A stretch of 64,000 nucleotides of DNA, from the NCBI GenBank assembly GCA_008632985.1, contig QPGO01000016.1:716840-780839 (forward strand). Direction: 5' to 3'. The notes below the pieces were generated by a model. The model was not told the origin of the DNA. It did no database searches and worked only from the letters and a program-made list of their open reading frames with translations. The position numbers were made by a program, and so were the translations under genes. The DNA is from Psammoneis japonica. Taxonomy: Eukaryota. Below, piece by piece: positions 11,297-24,300 of this stretch (position 1 is the stretch's first letter; each line of letters opens with the position of its first letter).

Positions 11297-12610
11297 CTAT
11301 TTATTGGATGCAATCGCTTCTTGTAAGGACGAATTTCCCGTTCGTTCCAATAGCAAATCAAAATCAATGTAATCTTCATAATGTTGAACGGCCGCGTTGA
11401 CACGGTGATCGTCTTGTGGATTGAGCTTGGGCGTGTGCGAATGAATCAGTTCCATCGTATCACGTGTCGAATACGGGCTTTGCAACACGGGTGCTTCGTT
11501 GGATACAATCATGTCGAGTACTTCTTGAGAGAGTGGGTATTTTGCTGGATCACCCGACACTACGAGCGCGGCCTGGAGGGGTTCTTCGTCGGTAGTGGAA
11601 CGCCTTTGGTATTCTCCGAGAAAGCCCAGCACAATGTCTTCACGAGACGCGTGACACACATAGAGAGTGCGTGGTGGTTTGGTGCGCAAATTGCTCAAAA
11701 AGACACCCAATGACGTTGCCACCAGCATCAAATCACCCATGGTATAATGCCGGTATGCGTGCTCCTGACCACTTAGCAATTTGGTACCAAACAAACCCTC
11801 CATATCTCTCAGAGCGGGACATCCCAAAAAGGGTCGGTCAGGAATGCATCCCAACAATGGGACATTCCAATTTTTCTCCAATGCCACTTTCAAATAATGC
11901 TTTGTTTGTTCATACTTGTCTGGTTGTACCTTGTTGATGATTACACCCGCCACATTGACATTATGGTATTCACACAGCACACGGTTCAGCTCCAATTCAT
12001 CAAAGGACGAACCCAATCCACCATTGGCGACCAAAACCATGTCGGCACCCATCCACGACGCCACTTGTGCATTACACGCTCCAACAACGGCCCCGACCGC
12101 ACAATGTCCAGTCCCCTCGGCCAAGACGACACCGGACGATCGCGCTTTGATTTCCGCGTAGGCATTTTGAATGAGGCGTTGTTGCGATTCGTTGGAGATT
12201 TTGCCATCCAAATAATTCTTGGTATATCCACGTGGAATTAATACGGGTGACATGTACCGATACGGCAAGTGATGCAATTCAAAATGTTGTCGAATCAAAG
12301 CCACGTCCTTATCGACATTAATCAGCTCGTTTGTTAATTCATCCTGGACGGCCAAGTGCTGCTGTCCGACGGGTTTTAAAAATCCAACACGATCAAAACG
12401 CTTTTGTAATCCCGACAGCAGAGCCACCGATGTAGTGGTTTTACCCACATGTTGACGAGTGGCAGCGACATAAATGGGGCGGGGCGATTCTTCTTGTTGT
12501 TCCGCATAATCCAGAGACGCAACGGCAACCGAAGAAGAGCTTCGAAGAATGATGGGACGACGCAACAAGATGGAGACGTGTCTTTGAGTCAATAACTGCG
12601 GAAGAACCAT
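11297..12610 (-). CDS. Phosphate acetyltransferase N-terminal-like protein (CbiA/AAA_26 P-loop plus DRTGG-like domain)
   Basis: ATRQHVGKTT P-loop, FLKPVGQ, EGTGH, ANGGLGSSFDEL, GVIINKV; no PTA catalytic domain. Confidence 0.85.
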   Translation of the reverse strand: MVLPQLLTQRHVSILLRRPIILRSSSSVAVASLDYAEQQEESPRPIYVAATRQHVGKTTTSVALLSGLQKRFDRVGFLKPVGQQHLAVQDELTNELINVDKDVALIRQHFELHHLPYRYMSPVLIPRGYTKNYLDGKISNESQQRLIQNAYAEIKARSSGVVLAEGTGHCAVGAVVGACNAQVASWMGADMVLVANGGLGSSFDELELNRVLCEYHNVNVAGVIINKVQPDKYEQTKHYLKVALEKNWNVPLLGCIPDRPFLGCPALRDMEGLFGTKLLSGQEHAYRHYTMGDLMLVATSLGVFLSNLRTKPPRTLYVCHASREDIVLGFLGEYQRRSTTDEEPLQAALVVSGDPAKYPLSQEVLDMIVSNEAPVLQSPYSTRDTMELIHSHTPKLNPQDDHRVNAAVQHYEDYIDFDLLLERTGNSSLQEAIASNK

Positions 12611-13115
12611 GGTGATAAACCTCAACTAACTAATGTTGTTGGTTGGGTGTTTGTTCTCTATGTAAGAGTTTTGACAGATGTTGACAGATGCTCAATGCAA
12701 TGCAGAAACGCAAGCAGTTGGGCTGATGAAAAAGTGAGCGTGAAGCGAGAAGCGCTTGCGTCGGCGGCATTATTTTGAGCGACCTACTGTACGTACTCTC
12801 GTCGTAGAAAGATACATGCGTCATTTTTGCGTACCTTTTGTACGGCCACGTCATTCATTTGCGAGATAACGCAGTGACACACGAACGCAGCCGAATCGGA
12901 CGACTGAAATATGATCGCTGGATGAGGCGGGAAAGCAAGTTTGGAAGTTGTCTTCGTGAGTTGCTCCTATGGTATTCCAAAAAAGGAAAGGAGGGCACCG
13001 CAACGACAAAAGACACGTCAACACCACGTGTGTGCGTATTAGTGAATGCTCTAGCTCATCATATTTACAATACACAAAAACAAAGTATTCCCCCCAAACA
13101 TGTGTCATCTAGAAC

Positions 13116-16100
13116 TCAACCCATGCCCCCTTCCCTTTTCATTTGTTCATAAAGCTCCTTGTAATCCACTTGATTTCGTCGTCGTTTTCTTGAAGGCTCT
13201 TGCATATCCGGTGGAATCATATCGTCGCCTTGTGGTTGTTGCTGCTGCAACAGCGCTTGTTCGTATAGCCGTTGTCTTGTTTCTTCAGCGGCACGATTCA
13301 ATCGTTCCACCTTTAATTGACGCTTCCGTTCACGATCTTCCACCATGTGCAATTCAAATTGACTATCCCACTCGCCATCGGCCGCGTTGTACAACTCACG
13401 GCTCTTGCCACCATCCACCAGGGCACGAACATGGGACGCGACGGACCGGGCAAAGGGCGACACAATGCCACCATGAATCTTGTATCCACCCTCCAAGACA
13501 GACACAATTCGTCCATTGCAACATGTGTTGGCCACCTTAACCAATTGTTCCGTCACCCATTCATAGTCGTCTTCGACCATGCCGACATAACCAAAGTTCA
13601 TGGAATCACGCTTGTGCGCATCAAAGCCGGCTGATATGAATATCAAATCGGGATCAAACTCGCGCAAATGGGGTAAAATGGATTTGCGGTAGGCGTCTCG
13701 CAATTCCACACGTTGCATACCGGGAACCGACTCGCGAAGGGGCAGGCCCAAGCCGCAATTGATCACCTTGCAACAATTCATGCGCGACTCTTCTCCCATA
13801 CGCGTCCATGTTTGACTCTGGAGAAAATCAGCCGTGCTGGGGCACTCGACAATGGACGGGTTCAAAATGGCGTCTGTGGTAATCGACTTGCCCGAAGCGG
13901 GATAAAACCAACCACCACCGGCCGGGTGGTCGACAAACTCGAGACCGCGGGGACCGTAGCCGTGGGTACTGGCGAAAAAGACATTATTGACATCCGACTC
14001 GTCCAACCACGGGCGGTAACTCGGACGAGCGAGCTCCCCCATGGCAAAGGGTGTTTGAATGACAGATTTTTCCACCTGAGGGACCAACTGCCGTATCACT
14101 TCTTCCGTGCCGTTCCCATGGTGGACGTCAAAGTCGATAATGGCAATCTTGTGAATGTCATGATGACGGTACATGCTACGCGCGTACGCGGCACCAATCG
14201 CCACATTGTTCAAGAGACAAAATCCGTGAGATCCGCCTTCCGGGTCGTTGGGACAACGCACAATACCGCGAGGACCGGCGTGGTGGCCAGGAGGACGCAC
14301 GGCACAAAAGGCATTACGGACTTCGCCCGCTACAACCTTGTCGACAGCCTCGCAAATGGAGCCGGCAGCACGCATGGCGGCTTCAAAGCTCCAGCGGGAA
14401 ATAGCCGTGTCCGCGTCCAAGTGAGCAATGGAAGATGGGTGATCAGGGATGGCGCTGCACATGGAACTGATACTTTCGACATAGTTGTACTCGTGAACCT
14501 GAATGCAAGAAAAGAGAGATTGTGTCAGTTGATAATCTCGAACATGCCTGCGTCATTTCGGCTACTACAAACTCACCTTTAGGATATCAGACATTGCCGC
14601 TCGCCGTGCTTCCCCTTCCCATTTACATCTCGCAAATTCACCCCCTCGCAAAATACCATCATCTTCGTTGATCAAAACATGGAGACGGCGAACGTTCTCT
14701 GGTGGAGGTTCGCTGTTGTTATCTCTCCTAATTGGAGGACAGCTTCGATGCAAGCTACACAACTCGTGACAAATAAGTAAGGTGGAGCTGTCTGGGTCTA
14801 CAATCAAATCTCGAGGTGGAGCGCATTGGCCAGAAGTAGGTGCTTCGCCCAAGACAGGCAAAAGGTCGTTTGGTATTGGCATGCCCCGTTTGTGTGCCAA
14901 ATGGCCAGGAGTGAAACCACGGCGGTCCGCAACGTTGGGATTTGCATTCGCGCCCAATAATAATCGGACCACGGGCCAGTTGCCTCTCGAACAGGCAATG
15001 TGTAATGGAGTTTGGCCGTAGGTATTCTTGGCGTCGACTTCAACGTCAGTGGAAGAAAGCAACAGCTGTGTAATGAGATTGGCGCCGTCGGCGGCACCGT
15101 CCATTAGCTGAGTAGAGGCATTTGGAGAAGAACTTGTGCTGGTGGGGTCGGACTCTGCTGGTACGCGGTGAAATCCTGGGTGGTGATGATGTCCTGAGTG
15201 ATCTATAGTTCCATCGGGGTGGTGGTGAGGATGATGAGCCCCGGTCGTTGCTCCGTGTGGAGAGCCACTTGAAGAGGTTCTGAAACCGGGTGGTATGGGA
15301 ATGTCGTGCTTTGCAGCCGCGTGGAGAGGTCTGCCGCCAGACCGGTCGGACCTGGCGTTCAACGTTGACAAGCCAACGGAGTCTGTCTTGGTTAAAATGT
15401 AACTTGCAATTTGAGGTAAATTCATCATACATGCAAGATATAGTGGTGTGTGCATGGAGTCGTCGCGTACGCCCAGGTCAGCTCCGCTTTCCACCAGCAC
15501 TGTCACACAGTCATAGGCAAAGCTTGCATGCATTGGCACTGACCCAATGCTAATGGCGGTATGGATAGGAGCGCTTCCATCGCATTTCTTGTGCACCGAT
15601 GCACCAGCATCAATAAGCAGTTTTACATGCTCGAGCTTGCGGGCATGAATGGCAACGTGAAGCGGAGTGTTTTCATCTTCGTCGCGCTCGTTCAAATCGA
15701 ATGGGCAGTAGAAAGACGGCGACTTGTCTCGTTTGGAGAACTTTTTCTTTGACGATTTCGAGTCGCTCTTGTCTCCGTTTGTCGCCTTGGCAATAGCTTG
15801 GCTCGGCGGGGCAGGTTCGTCCTTCTCTGCCGAAGGACTAATGTCCATTGCATCAGCCGAATCCGTGTGTGCATTAGCAAGTGAAGCATCTTTCCCCGCT
15901 GTTTCATCGACAGGTTCTGAAGAGATGTCTTCGTGTTGTGCGCTTGGGGATTGTGACAAAGCACCGGCTTCGTCCCCGCTCGGCGTCACCTCTCGGCCTT
16001 TATCGCTACTGTCACCCTTCTCCGCGACCTTTTCTTCTTCATCGTTCTCCGGCTTCTCTTCCGCAGCATGGGTAGGGTTTTCAGTATCTGCTGTTTTATT

Positions 16101-16496
16101 CAAATCAGGAAGCGCCGCAGCCGAAGCAGGTACCGCGACGCCAATCTGCGGAGGAACAGGTTGAGGCGAGTGCCCAATAGCAGCTGCGTGGGCTGCGGCA
16201 TGTGAGTCATTGCTATCGTCCGAAGAGCTGGAGTCATCGTCACCGTTCGATGACGATCCGGAGCTAGAAGAGTCGTCGTCAGAGGAAGCGTTCTGGCGAA
16301 CAAAAATGAGTCTCTGTTACATGGTTAGTTGAAATGAGCAGAGAAGCCAAAAAAATGTGAGAAGAGAAATGACAATGTTGGATGTATGTGTGTCCCAGTG
16401 AAGTATTGCCCAGAAAGAGCTAAAAATATCGATGGCGACGAAATGCGGCTCAACGGACTGATAACCCGGATTTGCAGCGGCAATGGCGGTCGCCAT
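13116..16496 (-). CDS. Ankyrin-repeat histone deacetylase (class II-like)
   Basis: Ankyrin TPLH motifs; HDAC motifs PPENVRRL, RPPGHHAG, GFCLLNN, DFDVHHGNGT, SAGFDAH, LEGGY. Intron 14499-14576; first exon and start uncertain. Confidence 0.85.
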
Positions 16497-17299
16497 CAGA
16501 CGGGATCCAAAAGTCGATTTTTGCAACGCGAAGCATTGTTGAAAGCCTCGAGCTTACCTTCAGACTCTCAGCATCCTCAAATTCACAACAATCATGAACT
16601 GGATAGCGCTTTGAAACGTTTGATTCGCCGTATTCGAACGCATCGTCACTCGTGGACGAGTCCGCGGTGCTCATCCTGCCATTCGATCCTACTGCAAAAT
16701 TCACGTAAAATTCTACGTAGTGTAACTTCCACGTGTCAGCAGGCTAAATAAATCGAAGAAATATTGTCGCTCAAAATTCGACGGTGAATAGCACTATCAT
16801 GGGGACTCGTTCTAGTTGATGAATAAGAAATTCATTCAATTTGGGAGCAGGAGCTTCGAGGTGTGGCCGGATTTTTTGTGAGCTTTTCGAATGAAAAATT
16901 AGGAAAAGCACAAAATCTACAGCGGAAGCAGTATTGTTCTACATACTTGATTTCTCGTTGAACTGGTACTCGCCAAAGATATCGCGCCAGCTGTTGCTGT
17001 AAGTACCTGTATGTACTACGTCTACGTAGGAAAGTACAGATTCCTGCGTTGGAACCACACGAGAGAAACCACACGTTTCGGCGCGCAAAATCCTTATATT
17101 TCTAACCATAAATTTGAATGAAGAATAAAGTAGTATCGAGAATCAGATGTGACACACACACACAGTGCGCTTTCGCGCCAAAATTTGAATTTCAATTTTG
17201 CAATCTCCCCTTGCCCCCTCTTGCAAGACGAGAAGTTAAGTTGTTAGATTACGTGACCAATGAGTCATTGTAAAGAGTGGCTCTTGTTGCAAAGAACAA

Positions 17300-18950
17300 A
17301 CAACGCACATTTCTTCCCAGCCATCTCATGTTGAGAGCTGATCTTGCGTCCAAGCAGCGCCACCTCTCTGGAGGCCCCTTCGCAGGGACCCAATTCTGAG
17401 TGTGGTGGAAACCATCCATTCACACATGTGTGCAGCATGGCATGTCACTGATGCACGCCACAGATGATCTGAATGCACAAACAGCCCTTTGTCTGGCCAC
17501 CTGAGTGTTCTTGGTTTGAATTGTTTTTGATGCGACAATTTGAAAACTGCTGGCAAGCTGCAGCAGAAGAAGAGTGTGTTGTGGCGCTGGTGCTCCCATT
17601 TAAGGAGTTGTCATTCATGGGCTGAACTGTGTGACAATTGCACATTGTGGAGAAGGCATGGCTGCAGTTGCTGACTGATGAACTTGATGATGGAGAAATT
17701 GTCATTGGGTGAGAGTCAGCCGTGCGACATTGTTTCGTTGACATCACCCATCACCAGCGACGACAACGGCGTGGGAGTTCTTTGTGAGTGCGTGTCAGTT
17801 CTTAGAGACAGTGACAGAGCTGATGTTTGTAAAATTTTCATCACTGGAACAATGGCAGGTTCAGGTTCAGAGGATGCAGGCATCTGAGCAAAGCTTGTGT
17901 TTTCTGCTTCTTGCCTCATTGGACTCGCGCCCATTGCAGCAGAAACCGGTCTTTGCTCCTTCTTCTCCCTTCGCCTTCATTTGCAAACAGCCCCATTGTT
18001 CCTCTTTTTTTTTTCTTTGCCATCTTGATGAAACCATTTCTGAGGTTGATGTCACACCTTGCCAAACACCTGCATCAGCTGAGCACTGCCTTGCTCACTC
18101 TGGTTTTCCTGGGCTGGTTTGGGCTGTGTGGGATTGATCCAATTGCTTTTGTGCAATCTTCCACATTCCTTTCCTCTCTTCCTTCAGCCTTGTTGCCAAA
18201 ACCATTTCACATTTGGCGACCTTTTGTTTGCTTTTCTGGCACTTCCGCGCTGCCAACAATTTTGGAGTCTGGCTTCTTTTCACCACACACACAGCAGCAG
18301 GCAGGAAGAATGAGGAGCACACCTTGTCCGATGGTTTTTTCACATTTGTTTTTGTTTCCATGTGCTTTTGCCAGTTGTTCGTCCTGTCCCACCAGTTTGA
18401 TGCAGGTTGTTTCACCACAAAATTGTTTGGCTTGGCAAACAACAGAGCCAAAGTGCAAAAGTCATAAAAGGCTCCTTCTTGTTGGTGAGAACTTTGGGAA
18501 TCATGACATTCTTTTTCCATTCTTGCAAAATGTCAAAGCAAAAATCAAATTTTCAACTCATTGTTGCCCCCGCATGGTTCTCTTCTCTAAATTTTCCCAG
18601 GTGCGGCCACACAAGATTGGCGACCTGCTCCCTTCGCGCAAGCAAGAGAACATGGTTTTGATGTCGTGGTGATGTGATGTTCACTTTGTGAATTTTCACA
18701 TGTTGTCATGTCAACAAATTTTGCATTTGTGCACAAATGCCAACAGCAACAGGAAAAATCCTGAACCATGTCCTGGCAACCATGGGGCGGGAGTTTTCAC
18801 TTGACAACACACACATGCTGGCGCAAGAACATGAACACATCCAACTCAATGCAAGTGATGATGTCATCACCAACATCCCACAGGACCACTTGCAAAGGTG
18901 TGAAGAGAGCCCGGGTCCTCAAAAGTTAATTGTGTTGACACGGATTTTGA
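17300..18950. mobile_element. Degenerate TpA/CpG-depleted repeat relic, family not assigned
   Basis: Near absence of TA, excess TG/CA, broken Cys/His-rich frames. Minus-strand MLHTCV resembles NVHTCVNG of the Harbinger at 49.8 kb (weak). Confidence 0.5.
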
Positions 18951-19613
18951 TTTTATGAGCCGCAAATTCAACGCAATACGACAACACGAGCATCAAGAAT
19001 GTCTGATTAGAAGTCATTAACTGCTGACGTTGGCCAGACAGTTTGGTCCTTTGTCGTCCGTCCGCACTGTACCAGGATGAGATTTCCAACGATTGCCGAC
19101 CACCCGCCTCTCTTCGAAACCCTCTGCTCCAGGTCCCTGATCCAACGAGAGCAGAGACTCACTCTACTAGCTAGACCTGCCCTTGTTGGTCAGAGGTTGT
19201 GCTTTTACAGCACCAAATAACGTGGGAAAGACTCTACATTGCGTGGGAAAAAGACCTCTTTTTACCGTAGACGCGGTCACCGAGCAAAAAGGGACTTGAG
19301 TGTGCCCGAGCTTCGCGGCTGCATAAAGCGGTGCTACATTATTTCCACAATAGCCAGATAGAGCAATGTACTCGATACAATGTCGACCACTACAACCTGG
19401 GAGATGGCTTTGGAGTAGCTTTGCTAGATTAGAGCACTACTGTAGAGATGGTTCAGCAGAGACTGGGCACAGACCGGCACCAACATTCATCACGCTTCAG
19501 AGTAGTATGGAGTCAATAGTACTGCCGGAAATGCACTCCACTATAACTATAGTGTATATATCAAAAAAAAGCCTTATAATAATAATAGCTAGCTTGTTAT
19601 ATTAGTAAGTCAT

Positions 19614-20506
19614 TTACCAATCCCAATACGAGGCATCGGCGCTTCCTGCCGGAGCCACCACTACCGGTGCACAAGTGTTTGGTTGAAACGAACGTTCCGT
19701 TTCTTCAATGTGAGTTGCGGACAGAACTTGTCGAATCTCTTCCTCCTTGACAATCGTTTCCAACACACTTTCCTTGTCGTTGTTCCAATCCCAATAGGCG
19801 TTTCGTGGGTGTGTCTCGTCTCGCACATGTGGTGCTTCTTGAAGAACGACATCATTGTCCTTCCATGTCCATACGAGTCGTGTGCTGGATTAGGAGAGGA
19901 TTCTTCTTCTGATGGCGCTTGCTGGTTTCGTCGCAATGCTCTTCGATGCGTGCCAGCGACGTGACTTGACGTGCGTTCTCGTCGGCCAAAATTTTGGCAA
20001 TCAAGACCGACTTGGTGTTTTGTGCTGCTGGCCAGTCCCAGTACGAGTTGTTGGGATGAGTAGCGTCTTGTACGTGTTGAGCTGTAACCATCTTGGATTC
20101 TTCCACTGGCACGTCATTTTCAGACGGCATGGTCCAATAGTCGTCGTCGGCTCATATTGTCTGCCTGTTCTAGCATGTCAACGTTTTGCTCCGCGGCGGC
20201 GGCGCTCTTGATTAAATTCTCTTCGATATGAGATACAGAAAGAACCTGACGATTAGCTTCTTCCTTGACAATTGAATCAATCACAGCTTGCTTATCACCT
20301 TCTTGTGGCCAGTCCCAGTAGGAGGCATTGGCGTTTGGATTGACAACATACTCTTCTTCTTGTTGTGGTGGAGCTTGCTGCGCCTGAGAAGTCAAGGGCA
20401 AAAAGGCAGCTTTTGGTGGTTGTTGATCCACAAAGTTCTCAACATCATCGAGGGATACGAGTCCCCTGAGTTGTGCAATAGCTTGGCGGTTGGGGTTTGG
20501 CGGCAT
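19614..20506 (-). CDS. Uncharacterised YWDW-repeat protein (split over three frames by probable indel errors)
   Basis: Three ~45-aa repeats YWDW..K..V...I..EE..RQV.S..(H/R)IEE in consecutive frames; ends SYWDW-stop. Confidence 0.75.
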
Positions 20507-21309
20507 TGTAAGGTATTACTGTATTGGCGTTGATCGATTGGCTTTTTGTTTTTTGTGAGGTTGCATGTCGATTCTCATTTTTGGGGTTCGCTGCAGATTC
20601 AAAGGGATCACGTAGAAACTGGTGGACATTGTACGTGGAACTCTTCGTGTTCCCGCCATTTTACGTAGAGCTCTACGCAAAATGTACTAATGCATTTGCA
20701 ACTTGAAGGGTGCGCACGAGACAACGTGGAAAACAAGGTGTCAAGCGAAATCAGTGAAAATACAAACGCCCTCCAAAAAGCTCATGAACCTGAATCTGAA
20801 GGAATGTTTATTATTATGATTTGAGGATAAAATATAATGTCGTTGGAAGTTAATATCAATTAAAAATAGAGGGATATATTAAATAAAAGTAATACATAGA
20901 CCATTGCAAATGAAGAGCCTACTGTACATTTTCGAGGACAATCATTTGCGAAACTTCCGTCAAATAATGCGGAACCAAAGCGAAGATTCGTGTCAAGCGT
21001 GTCGCTCATTCGCTGCTTCAGTCCCGAATCAGCCTTTTTTACGGGACTGACTCACTTCACCTTTGTGTCTCGTCTGCTATCCATCCGTCAATATATCTGT
21101 CCGTTGTCAGGTGCTGACGAACCTGACGTTGAAGTCATGCACGCGCGTTTTTTTCGGACATGCTGCGCGTGAAGAATGAGGCATTTTGTGCCTGCTCTGC
21201 CGCCGCCGCCGCGCGCCTCTGTGTTGTTTTCCAGTGTTGCGTGTTGCGTCGCGTGTCGCATCTCATTGGTTTGTTTGTTGCTGTTGTTGCCTTGCAGCCG
21301 ATCTAAACC

Positions 21310-24300
21310 ATGAGCTCTTCTCAGGAAGAGAAGAACGGAATTGAGGAGGAGGAGATGATGAAGAATGGTGTTGAGGAAACAACCATGAGGACATCGGTTG
21401 CAAGCGGGAATTCGAGCAATCGATCGGGTGGTCGACCCAATCGTCTCAACAGTCTTATTGAAGTTCGCCGTGAATCCCTCAAGAATTTTTCGCAGTTTTC
21501 GGAAGAAGAACTCATGAGTCCCATTGAAGATGCTGCGGAAGACGAAGAGGAAGAAGAAGTCATGGAGGAGGGTGAAGTCAAAATGACCGAAGCCAAGCTC
21601 CGCAGAATCTCGCAACGTGTCTCTGTTTACCACAGCAATCTCGGTCGGGAACGTCTCGTCGAAGTGCGTCTACGAAACGTGTCGTATCATGTTCCCGTCA
21701 AGGCCGACACACCCACGGTACCGACGGTATGGAACGCGACGCCGTTGTACAAGGCGTATCGGTTCTTTCGTCGCATTCATCGCTATCGAACGTGGAACGA
21801 AACGAAGGAGTCGATTTCGAATGTCAAGTTTATCCCCAAGAGTTTGAGTGATATCTTTTCGCCCTACAGCAACAAGACGATTCTCAGTAACATTAACCTT
21901 TCTCTCAAGCCGGGTAACTCGTATTTGATTTTGGGGCCTCCCGGGTGTGGTAAGTATAGTGAGTGTTTTGCCGTGCGAGGGCAAAATTCGAATTCTCAAC
22001 CTCATTTTCTTTTATTTTGCGTTTCAGGCAAGACTAGTCTTCTCAAGGCCATTGCTGGCTCTCTCCCTGGAAGTACGACGGAAACTCAAAAGGATAAGCC
22101 TTATTTTGAAGGACGTGTCGAGTACAATGGTGTCGCTGCTCAGGTATGTTAAGAATGACCTGCTGAATTTCTGTCTGAGTTTTCTGGATGCTCAATTTTA
22201 TCTTTTTGCATTTCCTCTTTTTTTTTTTAGGATGAACCCGACATGATTTTGCCAAACATTTGCAGTTATGTGGAACAACATGACTTTCACGCGGCCGTCT
22301 TACGGTCAAGGAAACCTTTGAGTTTGCCTTTCAGTGCAGGACGGGCGGAAAACACCAAAACGTGGGTGTTGCCGACTCCAAGGTTGGAACGCAGTATGAT
22401 TCCGAGCGTCTCACGGAGAATTTGACCATTGAAGGCCTCGGTCTTGCCCACGTGGCGGACACCTTTGTCGGTGACGACGACATTCGTGGCGTCTCGGGTG
22501 GTCAACGGAGACGTGTCACGGTGGGTGAAATGATGCAATCGCAAAGTCCCGTGGCGTGTGCCGATGAGATTTCCACCGGATTGGATGCGGCCGTGACGTA
22601 TGAGATTTGTCGCAGTATCGTTACCTTTGCCAAGGCGGCCAAAACGACCCGAGTGGTATCGCTGTTGCAGCCCGGGCCAGAAGTGTTTAGTCTCTTTGAT
22701 GAGGTTATTATTCTTTCCGAGGGATACCTTGTCTACGCTGGACCTATTGGTGAGGTGGTGGAATACTTTGAAGAGTTGGGATACAATTTACCCGCCACGG
22801 TGGATGTGGCGGACTTTCTTCAGTCCTTGCCAACTCCCGACGGCGCCTTGTATTTCACACCTCCCGAGGGTTCTTCGCAGACCCATTACACGTCGGAAGA
22901 ATTTGCAGAGGCCTTTAACAACAGCGATGCGGGCCAGAGCGTTCGTGACGAGTTGGACGCCAATCTCATGTGCAAGTGGATACCAACCAGTGACACGTCA
23001 GCAAACGACGAAGAGGAAGCTCAAGCTCGTCTTGTCGTTCCCACCCCGGATGAATTCAAGGTTGAGTTTCAAAACAAATTCCCTAGGTCCTTCAAGTTGA
23101 ACTTGAAGAGGCACATTACCTTGTGGAAGCGTGATAAGGGATTCATCATTGGAAAGTGTTGCGAGAATATCGGTATGGCTGTTGCGACGGGTGGTATTCT
23201 TTTTGGTCAGGCCAAGGTCAAGTGGGCCGAAGATGCACCTTTGGACGAAGAAACATCCAAGAAAGTCCTCAAGCTCTTGGCTGCGGTGTTTGGCGCTCTC
23301 TACATGGCGTCGTTTCATATCGTGCAGGGATCCATGACGAGTGCGCCCGATGAACTCGATGGTCGTGGTGTCCATTACAAGCATGCGGATGCCAATTTCT
23401 ATCAGTCGCTCTCTTTTGCCATTGGACGGCTCGTTGCCACATTTCCGCAGCGTGCCCTTGACATTACCGCGTTTGGTCTTCCCGTGTACTGGATGGTTGG
23501 GCTCTACGCTGACGCGGGTGCCTTCTTTGTTTACCTCTTGCTACTCTTTTGGCTCATTATTGCCGAGAAGGTTTTGTTTGGAGTCATTGTTGCCGTCGTG
23601 AAAACAAAGCAGAATGTATTGGGATTCGGCTCCTTTGTGGTCTTGCTGCAGCTTTTGTTCAGTGGATACATTGTCTTCCCGGACGCCATCCCGTCGTACT
23701 ATGATTGGCTTTATTACATTAACCCAATGGCATGGGTCTACCAAGCGCTTTTGCTCAACGAGTTTCTAACGGATAAGTACCGAGGAGACGGAGAATCTTT
23801 CTTGTTGAGCAGAGGTTTCAAGGCAGAGAGGGAGTGGATTGGCTGGGGCTTTCTTTACGTGAGTTTGTTTTCGATATTTATTACTTTCATTATGGCATAT
23901 GCATTGAAGAAAGTCCGTTTCGAAGCGACGAGGCCAAAGGGAAGTGCTACTGTAGATGAGGAAGACGAGTCGGAGTACGATGGCAAGGCGTTTAGTCTGC
24001 CGTTCACCCCTGTAGATCTAACCTTCGAGAATATTGAGTACGAGGTTGTGGCTTCGACTGGAAAAGACACGATTAAGATCCTCAACGGAATTTCAGGCTC
24101 TTTACGAGCTGGACGTCTCTGTGCGCTGATGGGGAGGTGAGTTTTGTCATCATGTTTTCCCAATTCAATCAAGTGCCAGGATGCACGTCCTCATTTTTGT
24201 CATCCAATCTGTCTCTGCAGCTCTGGTGCGGGAAAGACCACGCTGATGGACGTGGTTGCGATGCGCAAGGAGAGCGGTACGGTCACTGGTGACGTACGAC

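Noticed and set aside
13713..14582. 289-aa plus-strand ORF
   Set aside because: Antisense shadow of the HDAC exon
16701..20670. Recurring ACGTAGAA/CTACGT motif in intergenic DNA
   Set aside because: Too short and too few instances to distinguish from chance or MITE remnants without statistics
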